DNA of 44,213 nt from Actinomycetota bacterium (lineage in GTDB: Bacteria > Actinomycetota > Acidimicrobiia > Acidimicrobiales > Ilumatobacteraceae). This document shows, in pieces, positions 9,589 through 18,835 of this stretch (positions within the stretch are counted from its first letter, which is position 1; each line of letters begins with the position of its first letter). Location: positions 1-44,213 of the forward strand of contig JBAXUC010000001.1 of the NCBI GenBank assembly GCA_037129855.1, in the 5' to 3' direction. A program made the position numbers and the translations under genes. The notes under the pieces were generated by a model. It was not told where the DNA came from, did no database searches, and saw only the letters and a program-made list of their open reading frames with translations.

Positions 9589-11049
9589 CTAGAAGTCCAG
9601 TGATGAGAGTTCGGGTATCCATGAGCGGGATCGAGAAACCGCCTGTGACCATTGTTGTCGGGATATCCCCTGCGCACCTAATGGTGAGGTGACAGGTGCC
9701 CCTGAGAGGGCTTTGGCTGCATCTGCGAGATTGTGCCATTGTCCCGACTCTGTGCCCGCCATGAAACCAGCGCCGAGGGTGGTGGCTTCCGAAATGGGTG
9801 ACACGCGGACAGCGCGACCAGTGGCATCAGCAAGGGCTTGGACAAAGGTGGGGTTGCGGCTCATGCCGCCGTCGATACGAATTTCCGCGATGGAAAGGCC
9901 CGAATCTTTTTCCGCTGAGTCGACTAAATCTGCACCGCGGTGAGCGACTCCTTCAAGAACGGCCCGCACGATGTGTGCACGAGTGGTGCCGCGCGTAATT
10001 CCGAACAGCGCACCTCGTGCGCCGTAGTCCCAAAACGGTGTGCCGAGTCCGAGAAGTGCGGGCACGTATGCCACACCGTCTGTTGTGGGAACTGACGAGG
10101 CAATTGTGTGAGATTCAGTGGCGTTTGCAATGAGCCCCATGTCGTCGCGCAACCAATCGATATTTGTGCCGGCTGACAACATGATCGCTTCTGTTCCGTA
10201 GGAAATTTTTCCACCGCGACTAAACGCAACAATCGGAAATGTTCCACCTGGATTACGTTTCGCAGAACTAGGAGGATTCTCTCCGACGAACATGTCCAAC
10301 ATGCCGCCAGTACCAAATGTAATTTTTGCCATTCCTGGCACGATGCAGCCTTGGCCAACCATCGATGCTTGTTGATCGCCAGCAATGGCAAGAATTGGTG
10401 GTGCGCCAGGTAGGTCCGTGGCATCACCAATAAAGCCCATGGAATCGACAATGCGAGGCAATTGGTGTTCTGTAATTCCGAGAGTCGCCAGCATTGCACT
10501 GTTCCACGAAGTTCCGTCGGGAAGTGTGAGGCCAGTGACCGCTGCGTTCGTGTGGTCTGTGACGTGTTGTGCGCCTTGTGTGAGGTTGTACACAATCCAT
10601 GACTCAACAGTGCCGATGCGAAGATCATCACTGTTTCGTTCATTGGCATCAGAAATGTAATTCGCAAGCATCCAGACAGCTTTCGTAGCAGTCTGGTTCG
10701 GAGCAAAGGTGAATCCGTGCTCAGCACGAGCGGCAATACATTCGCCAACTGTGCGTAAGTCTTGCCAGCCGAGTGACGGGCCGATGGGCTTGCCAGTTGA
10801 TGCGCGCCAAATGATGGTGGATGCACGTTGTGTGGTGATGCCAACGGCGGTGACGGGACCAGACGCTAATGCGGCTACTGAGACACGATGAACTGCTTCA
10901 TACATTGCTGTTGCGTCAAATTCAACAAGACCAGCAAAAGGGGAGTTGGGAGCGAACTCTTCGTAATGGAGATCGGTAACGGTGGCATCATCGTGCACGA
11001 TTGCGGCACGAAGTCCGCTTGTTCCTACATCGATGACAAGCGTTCTCAT
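9589..11049 (-). CDS. FGGY-family carbohydrate kinase (glycerol kinase paralogue-like)
   Basis: 486 aa. N-terminal VIDVGTSGLR, GDQQASMVGQG and FGTGGM motifs fit the FGGY/actin-fold kinase family. The start overlaps the stop of the upstream FAD oxidase by 4 nt. Confidence 0.85.
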   Translation of the reverse strand: MRTLVIDVGTSGLRAAIVHDDATVTDLHYEEFAPNSPFAGLVEFDATAMYEAVHRVSVAALASGPVTAVGITTQRASTIIWRASTGKPIGPSLGWQDLRTVGECIAARAEHGFTFAPNQTATKAVWMLANYISDANERNSDDLRIGTVESWIVYNLTQGAQHVTDHTNAAVTGLTLPDGTSWNSAMLATLGITEHQLPRIVDSMGFIGDATDLPGAPPILAIAGDQQASMVGQGCIVPGMAKITFGTGGMLDMFVGENPPSSAKRNPGGTFPIVAFSRGGKISYGTEAIMLSAGTNIDWLRDDMGLIANATESHTIASSVPTTDGVAYVPALLGLGTPFWDYGARGALFGITRGTTRAHIVRAVLEGVAHRGADLVDSAEKDSGLSIAEIRIDGGMSRNPTFVQALADATGRAVRVSPISEATTLGAGFMAGTESGQWHNLADAAKALSGAPVTSPLGAQGISRQQWSQAVSRSRSWIPELSSLDF

Positions 11050-12524
11050 AATCCGAGTTTGCCCGGGTTCAAGATGCCGTTCGGGTCAAGTGCATTTTTG
11101 ACTGCACGCAAGACACCCATGCTTGTTCCGAGTGCCTGTTCCATGTACTGGGACCTGCTGTATCCGATGCCGTGATGGTGTGACAAGTTAGCTCCGGACT
11201 TAAGGCCTGCTTCTTGGCCGGCTTTCCACATTGCTAGGTATGTGCTTTCAAAATCTGCTTCTTCAGGAGTCGCTGCAAATGTGAAATACACACATGCTCC
11301 TTCGATATAGCTATGGGATAAGTGACACGTGGCTGAACGTGCATGTGGAACTGCAAGCATTGCTGATTCAACTGCGTCGACAACCGCATCAAGATGACCC
11401 CAATTTGCTGCGACTTCCATGGTGTCAACCACAAAGCCCTTGCGAGTGAGTGCTTGTAATCCACTGGTGTCATTGCGATGATGCATCCATGCTTCGATAA
11501 GTGCATCATCACCGTCAGTGGCTCCCATTTCTTTACAGGTGTCAAACACAACACTCATTGTTCCGTCGACGATGGCTTCAGTGCCTTCGTCGAGAACAAG
11601 AAGAGTGCATTGCGTGCCATCGCCACCATGAGAACGCTTGCTTTCGGCTCCGTCATACAAACGCAAGACAGCTGGAGTGGCCCCAGCGCGAATAATGCGA
11701 CGACATGCTTCGATGCCTTCGGAAAATGACGCGAACACAAACGCTGCACGTCGCTCAACTTCAGGCAGTGGGTGTGCGCGCAACCACACGCGCGTGATAA
11801 CTGCAAGAGTCCCTTCGCTGCCGAGAAGAAGTTGGGAGATATCTGGCCCTACTGCACCAGCTGGTGCGCCACCAGTACGAATGATTGTGCCGTCTGCAAG
11901 TACAGCTTCAAGAGCATGCACCATGTCTTCGATTTTCCCGTAACGCGTTGAGTACTGACCTGCCCCACGGCACGCAACCCAACCGCCAACAGTGGCGAGT
12001 TCAAATGATTGTGGGTAATGCCCAATGGTGAGTCCGTGTGTACGAACTGCCTTTTCTAAGTCGGGCCCAAAGGTGCCAGACAACGTTTCAACAATGCCAG
12101 AAACTTCGTCGATTGATTCGATGCCTTGCATCTGTGTCATGTCAAGTGCGACACCGCCAAAGAGGGGAATGGCTGCTCCACATACTCCGCTTCGTCCGCC
12201 AGAAGGTGTGACAGGAATTTTGTGGTCATTGCAGTACGCCAACAAGATCGACACTTCTTGTGTGTTCTTTGGGCGGCAGACAACAGCCGGAATTTGTGGA
12301 ACTTCATTACGAAGTGACCACCGAAGCGATAACGGCCACCAGTCACGGCCATGTTGCGCGCGTTCTGCCGCATCGGCCGTGGTGTCACAGATTGCACCGA
12401 GTTCTTGCGCTTCTATTTCAGTTAATGAGCGCCCATGGCTTGGTAGGTGAGACGTTGCAAGAGCAGGGTCACCACCAAATTCGATTGGTTCTGTGGCCTG
12501 TGTTGAAAATGTATGAGTGCTCAT
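11046..12524 (-). CDS. FAD-binding (FAD-linked) oxidase, GlcD / alkyl-DHAP-synthase-like
   Basis: 492 aa. The PCMH-type FAD-binding region (VVCRPKNTQEV...VTPSGGRSGVCGAA) and C-terminal HHHGIG...LNPGK are typical of the FAD-linked oxidase family. Confidence 0.85.
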   Translation of the reverse strand: MSTHTFSTQATEPIEFGGDPALATSHLPSHGRSLTEIEAQELGAICDTTADAAERAQHGRDWWPLSLRWSLRNEVPQIPAVVCRPKNTQEVSILLAYCNDHKIPVTPSGGRSGVCGAAIPLFGGVALDMTQMQGIESIDEVSGIVETLSGTFGPDLEKAVRTHGLTIGHYPQSFELATVGGWVACRGAGQYSTRYGKIEDMVHALEAVLADGTIIRTGGAPAGAVGPDISQLLLGSEGTLAVITRVWLRAHPLPEVERRAAFVFASFSEGIEACRRIIRAGATPAVLRLYDGAESKRSHGGDGTQCTLLVLDEGTEAIVDGTMSVVFDTCKEMGATDGDDALIEAWMHHRNDTSGLQALTRKGFVVDTMEVAANWGHLDAVVDAVESAMLAVPHARSATCHLSHSYIEGACVYFTFAATPEEADFESTYLAMWKAGQEAGLKSGANLSHHHGIGYSRSQYMEQALGTSMGVLRAVKNALDPNGILNPGKLGL

Positions 12525-12526
12525 TG

Positions 12527-14203
12527 TTATCCCTTATGTGAGTCGATGAATTCTTGTTCTGTCACCATTGCTGCAGCGTCTTCACGAGCGCAAGCATCAA
12601 TGAACTCTGCAATGCTTGCGGAACACTGTGCATCGTCCCACCCAAGAAGTGGAGAAATAAGGTCTGCTGTAGCACGTGCTGCTGAAACGCTGGCACGTCG
12701 GTTGAGCAAGCGAGCCCGGGTACGACGACTAAGAATGTCATCAATAGACGTGGCCATTTCGTGTGTGACTGCGTACACCGCTTCAGCGCGTAGGTAGGGA
12801 AGTCCGTCTACTAACGGCCCGGATAGTGATGGATCGTTAGCGATGAGGGCAGCGATATCTGCAGAGTCGCTTCCAAAACGACCATCGAGGTGGTGGTCGC
12901 GCTGTGATGCGCGGATACTGCGACCCTTTGCCCCATGAAGCGACATTGACTTAGTGCGACAACGAGTCTTTGTGCCCAAGACTTCAGAGACGGCATCGAC
13001 AGCATCCTCTGCCATCTCGCGATACGTGGTGAGCTTGCCTCCCGTTACTGTGACAACACCATTGTCGGATGTAAATACTCGATGTCGACGACTGAGATCA
13101 GCAGTACGACCAGCTTTTGCCGAAGAGTCATCCATCTTTACAAGAGGACGAAGGCCAGACCACACGCCCGTTACATCTTCAAGGGTGACATCAGTGTTGA
13201 CGCTTGCATTCAGTGCCGCAAGAACATATTCAATATCGTCACGTGTGCACTGTGGATCATTAACAGGTCCTTTGTAGTCGGTGTCGGTTGTGCCGATATA
13301 TGTGAATTGGTATGTGCCGTCGCCACGAGAGATCCAGGGGACTACGAACAAACTGCGCTTGTCGCTTGGCACGGGAATAACTACTGCAATGTCATTGCGA
13401 ACCTTTTCCCAGGGCACGGTGAGGTGAACACCCTTTGCCGGACGAATGGTGTCTGGGTGAGACGCTTCGTCAAGGGCACGAACATCATCGGCCCAAACAC
13501 CTGTTGCGTTGATAACTGCTTTGGTGCGGATAGCGAAATGAGTATCGCCGACAATGTCGTGGACACGAACGGAGTGTTGCGTGCGATTGACTGAATCAAT
13601 TCCTTCAACGCGGCATTGGTTTGCAATAGCAGCTCCGTTGTCTGCGGCACTGCGCAGTACAGAGAGGGTAAGACGAGCATCGTCGGCTTCTGCGTCGTAA
13701 TACATGTACGCAGATGAAAGCTTTTCGCGCGACATTGTGGGCAGGTGAGCAAATGCAGCATCGGCAGAAAGTCTGCGATGAAGGCGACCAATGCGCCATC
13801 CGCCCGTGAGGTCATACATCCACATGGCAGAACCAAGCGCGCGAGCAATTTTTTTCGACACGACACTGTTCTTCGTGAGAATTGGAATCATGAACGGAAG
13901 TACATGTACCAGGTGGGGGGCATTGCGACGCAAGCGCTTGCGTTCACGCAACGCTTGATAGACAAGACGAACGTCGCCTTGTTGGAGGTAACGCAATCCG
14001 CCGTGGATCAGCTTTGACGATTTCGATGACGTACCCGATGCAAAGTCGTCACGCTCGAGAAGGCAGGCGCGAAGGCCACGAGAGGCTGCATCGAGCACGA
14101 CACCTGCTCCGGTGATTCCACCACCGATGACGACAACGTCGAATTCTTCGCTGGAAAGGCGGGAAAGGGACAAGGACCGGGAAAAATTGTGAGGGGTAGA
14201 CAC
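12527..14203 (-). CDS. glpD: Glycerol-3-phosphate dehydrogenase (FAD-dependent)
   Basis: FDVVVIGGGITGAGVVLDAASRG Rossmann motif, SSKSSKLIHGGLRYL and a GlpD C-terminal domain. The track ORF runs to 14512, but the extension is non-homologous-looking and overlaps whiB on the other strand. GTG at 14203 (VSTPHNF...) is my best guess; the start is uncertain (about 14150-14203). Confidence 0.85.
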   Translation of the reverse strand: MSTPHNFSRSLSLSRLSSEEFDVVVIGGGITGAGVVLDAASRGLRACLLERDDFASGTSSKSSKLIHGGLRYLQQGDVRLVYQALRERKRLRRNAPHLVHVLPFMIPILTKNSVVSKKIARALGSAMWMYDLTGGWRIGRLHRRLSADAAFAHLPTMSREKLSSAYMYYDAEADDARLTLSVLRSAADNGAAIANQCRVEGIDSVNRTQHSVRVHDIVGDTHFAIRTKAVINATGVWADDVRALDEASHPDTIRPAKGVHLTVPWEKVRNDIAVVIPVPSDKRSLFVVPWISRGDGTYQFTYIGTTDTDYKGPVNDPQCTRDDIEYVLAALNASVNTDVTLEDVTGVWSGLRPLVKMDDSSAKAGRTADLSRRHRVFTSDNGVVTVTGGKLTTYREMAEDAVDAVSEVLGTKTRCRTKSMSLHGAKGRSIRASQRDHHLDGRFGSDSADIAALIANDPSLSGPLVDGLPYLRAEAVYAVTHEMATSIDDILSRRTRARLLNRRASVSAARATADLISPLLGWDDAQCSASIAEFIDACAREDAAAMVTEQEFIDSHKG

Positions 14204-14417
14204 GAGACAGAGCCTATTGGGTCTGAACTTTTGAAAGAATTCTGTGTTTCGCAGACGGATCGCAAGTTCGTGGGTCAATCGCCGCCCAACATATTGCCGA
14301 ACCACTGTGCAGCATCTCAATTGTCTGATGCAACCTGAAATGAACTTGCCACTGGTTTGCGCCCGCGAGCCAGAAGCGTAAAACAGACTCGCTGCTCGAA
14401 AAGTCGGACTAGACAGA

Positions 14418-14433
14418 TGTGACGCTTGACACA
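14418..14433 (+). promoter_or_regulatory. Candidate CRP/FNR-type operator (TGTGA-N6-ACACA) upstream of whiB
   Basis: TGTGAcgcttgACACA matches 9/10 of TGTGA-N6-TCACA. It lies 47-62 nt upstream of the whiB ATG, between possible -35 TAGACA (14410-14415) and -10 TACACT (14434-14439) hexamers. Confidence 0.25.
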
Positions 14434-14479
14434 TACACTGCCCATGCGGGAATTTTTCCCGTGACTGAGGGGGGTTTCG

Positions 14480-14719
14480 ATGTTCGGAACAGATCTGTCG
14501 TGGCGGCACCAAGGGGCATGTAACGGCTTGGACCCTGATGTCTTTTTCCCTGACTCTGATGCAGCTGCAGAAGAAGCCAAATCAATATGTAGCTCGTGCA
14601 TGGTGCGGGCGTCATGTCTCGAGCACGCCATCGCTGTTCGTGAAAAAGACGGAGTCTGGGGCGGTGCCACGGAACGGGAGCGCCGCAGAATTATTCGTCA
14701 AAGACGTCGCACAGCGTAG
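14480..14719 (+). CDS. whiB: WhiB-family (Wbl) Fe-S transcriptional regulator, WhiB1-like
   Basis: 79 aa with four Cys in the Wbl arrangement (C14...C37-x2-C40-x5-C46), a GVWGG turn and a basic C-terminal tail RRRIIRQRRR. Strong SD GAGGGGGG lies 6 nt upstream. Confidence 0.9.
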   Translation: MFGTDLSWRHQGACNGLDPDVFFPDSDAAAEEAKSICSSCMVRASCLEHAIAVREKDGVWGGATERERRRIIRQRRRTA

Positions 14720-14730
14720 ATACTGGGTGC

Positions 14731-15795
14731 ATGGCGCATTCCGACGAATTCATAGGCTGGCCCACATTGCTGGCCCACATTTTGGATCGACATGATCTTG
14801 ATGCCACGCAGGCAGAGTCTGCCATCACGCAAATACTGAACGGAAATGCAACGCCATCTCAGATGACTGCCTTTGTCGTTGCAATGCGCGCAAAGGGAGA
14901 AACAATTCAAGAACTTGAAGGCATGTTGCATGCTGTTCGTTCAGCTGGCATGAAAGTTCATCTCAGCGCGGAACTTGCATCACGCGCCATTGACATAGTT
15001 GGTACCGGTGGCGACAAGAGCAACACCGTCAATGTGTCAACGATGTCAGCGTTGGTTGTGGCTGCAGCTGGTGTGCCGGTATGTAAACACGGCAATAGAG
15101 CTGCATCATCAAGGTGTGGTGCAGCTGATTTGCTTGAAGCTGCGGGCGTGGCAATCGAGCTTGATCCGCAAGGAGTGGAAGCATCAATCGCTGCAACTGG
15201 GTTTGGTTTTTGCTTAGCGGCTCATTTTCATCCTGCTTTTCGCTACACAGGCCCGTCGCGTCGTGAAATCGGAGTGCCAACTGTATTTAATTTGCTCGGG
15301 CCGATGGCGAACCCAGCGCCGATCTCAAACATGTTGGTGGGCGTTGCGATGCCAAACATGATGGAGGCAATGGTGGGGTCATTGACCTCTCGTCATGTCA
15401 CCAGTGCATGGGTTGTGCATGGCCATGGCGGACTTGATGAACTTGCTGTCAGTGGTCCGAACATTGTGTATGAATTGCGAGATGGCAACATTTCTCGATT
15501 CGAAATCGACGCTGCTGATTTCGGAATTACTCACTCCTTGCTGGCAGATATTCGAGGGGGAGACGCCACGGACAACTTGGCCATTATGAATGATCTGTTC
15601 GCTGGTAAAACGGGAGCTGTTCGTGACATCGTGACGTTTAATGCCGGGTGCGCGCTCTTTGTTGCCAACCATGTTGGGTCAGTGGCTGACGGTATCGATG
15701 TGGCTCGCGCCACCATCGATTCGGGTGCGACAGCAAGCATGCTGGCCAAGGTTGTAGCCGTTAGTTCGGCTGAAGCTGAGCGCATGCAGGTCTAA
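14731..15795 (+). CDS. trpD: Anthranilate phosphoribosyltransferase
   Basis: 354 aa. Motifs MTAFVVAMRAKGET, DIVGTGGD, KHGNRAASS and FNLLGPMANP are diagnostic. Confidence 0.95.
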   Translation: MAHSDEFIGWPTLLAHILDRHDLDATQAESAITQILNGNATPSQMTAFVVAMRAKGETIQELEGMLHAVRSAGMKVHLSAELASRAIDIVGTGGDKSNTVNVSTMSALVVAAAGVPVCKHGNRAASSRCGAADLLEAAGVAIELDPQGVEASIAATGFGFCLAAHFHPAFRYTGPSRREIGVPTVFNLLGPMANPAPISNMLVGVAMPNMMEAMVGSLTSRHVTSAWVVHGHGGLDELAVSGPNIVYELRDGNISRFEIDAADFGITHSLLADIRGGDATDNLAIMNDLFAGKTGAVRDIVTFNAGCALFVANHVGSVADGIDVARATIDSGATASMLAKVVAVSSAEAERMQV

Positions 15796-15835
15796 CAAAC
15801 GGAACCGTGTCACACCCTTTCGTCACTCTTGTGAC

Positions 15836-16072
15836 ATGGACATCACGCCTCTCACCCTCACCGAAGCCCCTCAGTACGAACCTGTTCTCATGATTTCGTG
15901 TGCCACCTGTGTCATGGCAGATACCGATGCCTGCGGTGATTGCATCATGACTTTCCTCTGCGATGCTCCATCTGAAGGGGCTGTTGTTCTTGACCTTCAG
16001 GAACTTCGGGAAATTAGGTTGCTCGCTCAGGCCGGTTTGGTGCCTACGCTTCGGCACCGTGCCGTTGGCTAA
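15836..16072 (+). CDS. Small cysteine-rich hypothetical protein (CxxC...CxxC...C)
   Basis: 78-aa ORF with a SCATCVMADTDACGDCIMTFLC cluster followed by an amphipathic C-terminal part (LQELREIRLLAQAGLVP). Its 3' end overlaps the likely queG start. No family assignment is possible from memory. Confidence 0.5.
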   Translation: MDITPLTLTEAPQYEPVLMISCATCVMADTDACGDCIMTFLCDAPSEGAVVLDLQELREIRLLAQAGLVPTLRHRAVG

Positions 16073-17216
16073 ATCTTCCTCCCGTAATCCCACAGTCGTC
16101 TCTCGAGACGCCCCTCAGGGACCTGAGTATTGGGCGCAACTGCATGTCATCGGTCAGGAAGCTGGCCTTCATTCACTCGGCGTAGCTCCGGCCGACGTGA
16201 TGCATCGCGCACGTCAGCAGATTCACGATCGCATCGATCAAGATCTTGTCAACGATATGAAATTTACCTTCTTACGTCCGGAACGTTCAACTACGCCGAT
16301 TCAACATCTTGACGGTGCGCAATCAATCATTGTTGGTGTTCGCTCATATGCAATAAGCGATCATCCAGATGTCGGTTCGTCGTCTCCATTAGCAAGAGTT
16401 GCTCGCTATGCATGGCTAGATCATTATGGCCACCTCAAAGATTCGCTCTCTGTCATTGCTGAACGCTTACGGCGTGACGGTCATCGCGCTGTCGTATTTG
16501 CAGATGACAATGCGATGGTTGATCGCGAGGCAGCGTGGCTCGCTGGCCTTGGTTGGTTTGGCAAGAACGCAAACATTTTATTGCCAGGGCACGGAAGCTT
16601 CTTTGTGATTGGATGCGTGATTACAACAGCAGTTCTTCCAGTGTCAACGCCTATTGATGACGGGTGTGGGGCGTGTTCTCGCTGCATACCTGCATGTCCA
16701 ACGGGAGCAATTGTTAAAAACGGCGTCATCGATGCAAACAAGTGTTTGTCATGGTTGCTTCAAAAGCCAGGAATATTTGATCGTGACTATCGCATCGCAC
16801 TTCATGACCGAATCTATGGCTGTGACGATTGCCAAACTGCATGTCCTCCTACACGACGAACCGAGTTGAGCGAATCAACAGAACAACTTCAATCGATTGT
16901 TGAAGTATTGACTTGGTTGTCAATGGATGACGAGTCCCTAAACGCATCATGTCAGCGTTGGTATGTGCATAAACGTGACATGACATGGATTCGGCGAAAC
17001 TTGCTGATTGTTCTTGGCAATATCGGTAACCCAAGTGATCCTGATGTAGTTGATGCCATCGGCAAATATATTTCGCACACCCGAAGCGAATTGCGTGCTC
17101 ATGCGGTGTGGGCTGCAGCCAGATTAGGTCTTAGTCATCTCATCAATCATGCAGATTCTGACCCCATGGTGCGCGATGAGTTGCTGCATCTGCCAACCTT
17201 GCGGGAAGGCCTATGA
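16058..17216 (+). CDS. queG: tRNA epoxyqueuosine(34) reductase
   Basis: Two 4Fe-4S ferredoxin motifs (CGACSRCIPACPTGAI; CDDCQTACP), GWFGKN, and a C-terminal HEAT-like repeat (LRAHAVWAAARLG). The homologous N-terminus (LHVIGQEAGLHSLGVAP) requires a start upstream of about 16130. Candidates are GTG 16058, TTG 16064 or ATG 15963. Confidence 0.85.
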
Positions 17217-18334
17217 AGCATCTTCTCGTCACCAATGATTTTCCTCCCAAAATTGGCGGCATTCAGTCACTGTTGTGGGAATGGTGGCGTCGATTGCCGC
17301 CTGACTCCTTTGCTGTGCTCACAAGCCCTCATGCTGACGCCGCAGTATTCGATGCAAGTGAGCCGTATCGCATTGAACGAACACGCGAACCAGTGTTGTT
17401 GCCTCACCCATGGATGGTGCAACGCATCAACGCAATGGTCAAAGAATTCGGAGCTGACTTTGTCGTGCTTGATCCGGCCCTTCCTTTAGGTCTGGTGGGA
17501 CCTCGGTTGTCTGTTCCCTACATGGTTGTATTGCACGGTGCAGAGGTCACGGTGCCAGGCAGGTTGCCTCTATCTCGCCAAGTCTTAGGCCATGTATTGC
17601 GTGGCGCAGAACACATCATCGCTGCTGGTGGGTATCCGGCAACAGAAGGGGACCACGCAGCGGGGCGCGCATTGCCCTCCACCATTGTTCCTCCAGGTGT
17701 CGACACACTGAGATTTGTTCCGTTGGATGCTGCAGGGAAGAAGGCGGCACGTGCGCGATTTGGTTTTGACGCTGACGACGAAATAATTCTGGGATTTAGC
17801 AGGCTTGTCCCGCGCAAAGGATTCGACACCGTGATTCGCGCTGTTGCGCAACTTGCACCACACCGACCTCGATTACGTTTGGCAATCGCTAGTACGGGTC
17901 GGGATGAAGATCGACTACGAAAATTGGCTGATGAATTAAAGGCTCCAGTGACATTCATGGGGCGCGTTGAACACGATGACGTTCCCGCGTTGTATGGATG
18001 CGCAGATATTTTTTCAATGATGTGTCGTAATCGTTGGGCAGGTCTCGAACAAGAGGGCTTCGGCATCGTGTTTGTTGAAGCGGCCGCATGTGGAGTACCA
18101 CAAATTGCAGGCGACAGCGGGGGAGCAGCGGAGGCTGTTCTTGACGGAGTCACTGGCTATGTCATTTCAAACCCCACTGACGCATCAGGTTTGGCTGCTC
18201 GCATCGCCACAATTCTTGATGATGATTCCTTACGTGCCTCTATGGCTGTTGCCTCGCGTGCTCGTGCCGAATCTGAATTTGAATACTCAGTTCTTGCAGC
18301 GCGTTTGGGACAAGTGCTAAGGGTTGGGCAATGA
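17213..18334 (+). CDS. GT4-family glycosyltransferase (PimB-like alpha-mannosyltransferase)
   Basis: 373 aa. The N-terminus LLVTNDFPPKIGGIQS is typical of actinobacterial PimB-type enzymes, and the EX7E region is present (EQEGFGIVFVEAAACGVP). ATGA overlap with queG. Confidence 0.85.
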   Translation: MKHLLVTNDFPPKIGGIQSLLWEWWRRLPPDSFAVLTSPHADAAVFDASEPYRIERTREPVLLPHPWMVQRINAMVKEFGADFVVLDPALPLGLVGPRLSVPYMVVLHGAEVTVPGRLPLSRQVLGHVLRGAEHIIAAGGYPATEGDHAAGRALPSTIVPPGVDTLRFVPLDAAGKKAARARFGFDADDEIILGFSRLVPRKGFDTVIRAVAQLAPHRPRLRLAIASTGRDEDRLRKLADELKAPVTFMGRVEHDDVPALYGCADIFSMMCRNRWAGLEQEGFGIVFVEAAACGVPQIAGDSGGAAEAVLDGVTGYVISNPTDASGLAARIATILDDDSLRASMAVASRARAESEFEYSVLAARLGQVLRVGQ

Positions 18335-18831
18335 TGGATGTCATGCCAGGGTCATTCCTCATCAAATGCAATCTTGCGTTAACCGCTGTCTTTGTGACGA
18401 TGTCAATCGTTGCTGCAGTCGCTTTCACTTCTCCGTGGAAGACCATTGGCGTCGTGGTGAGTCTGAGCTGTTTTACAGTCGGCATTGTTGCGTTTTTATG
18501 GGGCTACTGGACTGCAGTACAACGAAGCCGTACAGACAACATTTCGGTAGCAGCCCTGTATTTCTTGGTTGATGATTGTGCCCCACAATCTATTGCACGA
18601 CTGATGAACGGTGCCCTCGGAGTTCAGGTAGTGGTTGCAGTCGCCACGGCGATCAGCCGCACGACTACAGATGGTCGCACAGGCAGCACACTCGCATTTG
18701 GGGTCTTGGCTCCCATGATGGGCCTTGGTCTTAATGGTCTGTGGGGAGCCACGCATGGCACTTTTGCCCCTCGTCAATTAAATGATTCGGGTGAGGTGCC
18801 ACTTCAAGAGCCCGCGAGCGGTCAAGATTAG
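18331..18831 (+). CDS. Integral membrane protein, unknown function
   Basis: 166 aa with about 4 predicted TM segments. ATGA overlap with the upstream GT4 gene indicates co-translation. Confidence 0.6.
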   Translation: MMDVMPGSFLIKCNLALTAVFVTMSIVAAVAFTSPWKTIGVVVSLSCFTVGIVAFLWGYWTAVQRSRTDNISVAALYFLVDDCAPQSIARLMNGALGVQVVVAVATAISRTTTDGRTGSTLAFGVLAPMMGLGLNGLWGATHGTFAPRQLNDSGEVPLQEPASGQD

Positions 18832-18835
18832 AACC

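Noticed and set aside
9924-10844. 306-aa ORF on the minus strand in an alternative frame inside the FGGY kinase gene
   Set aside because: The translation is compositionally odd (rich in L/S/T/H/C/Q) and has no recognisable motifs. It lies wholly inside a gene whose own frame shows clear family motifs, so it is most likely a chance open frame.
14204-14512. N-terminal extension of glpD to the track start at 14512
   Set aside because: The extension precedes the Rossmann GxGxxG by more than 100 non-homologous, Cys/Arg-rich residues and overlaps the whiB start on the opposite strand. An internal GTG at 14203 gives a normal-length GlpD.
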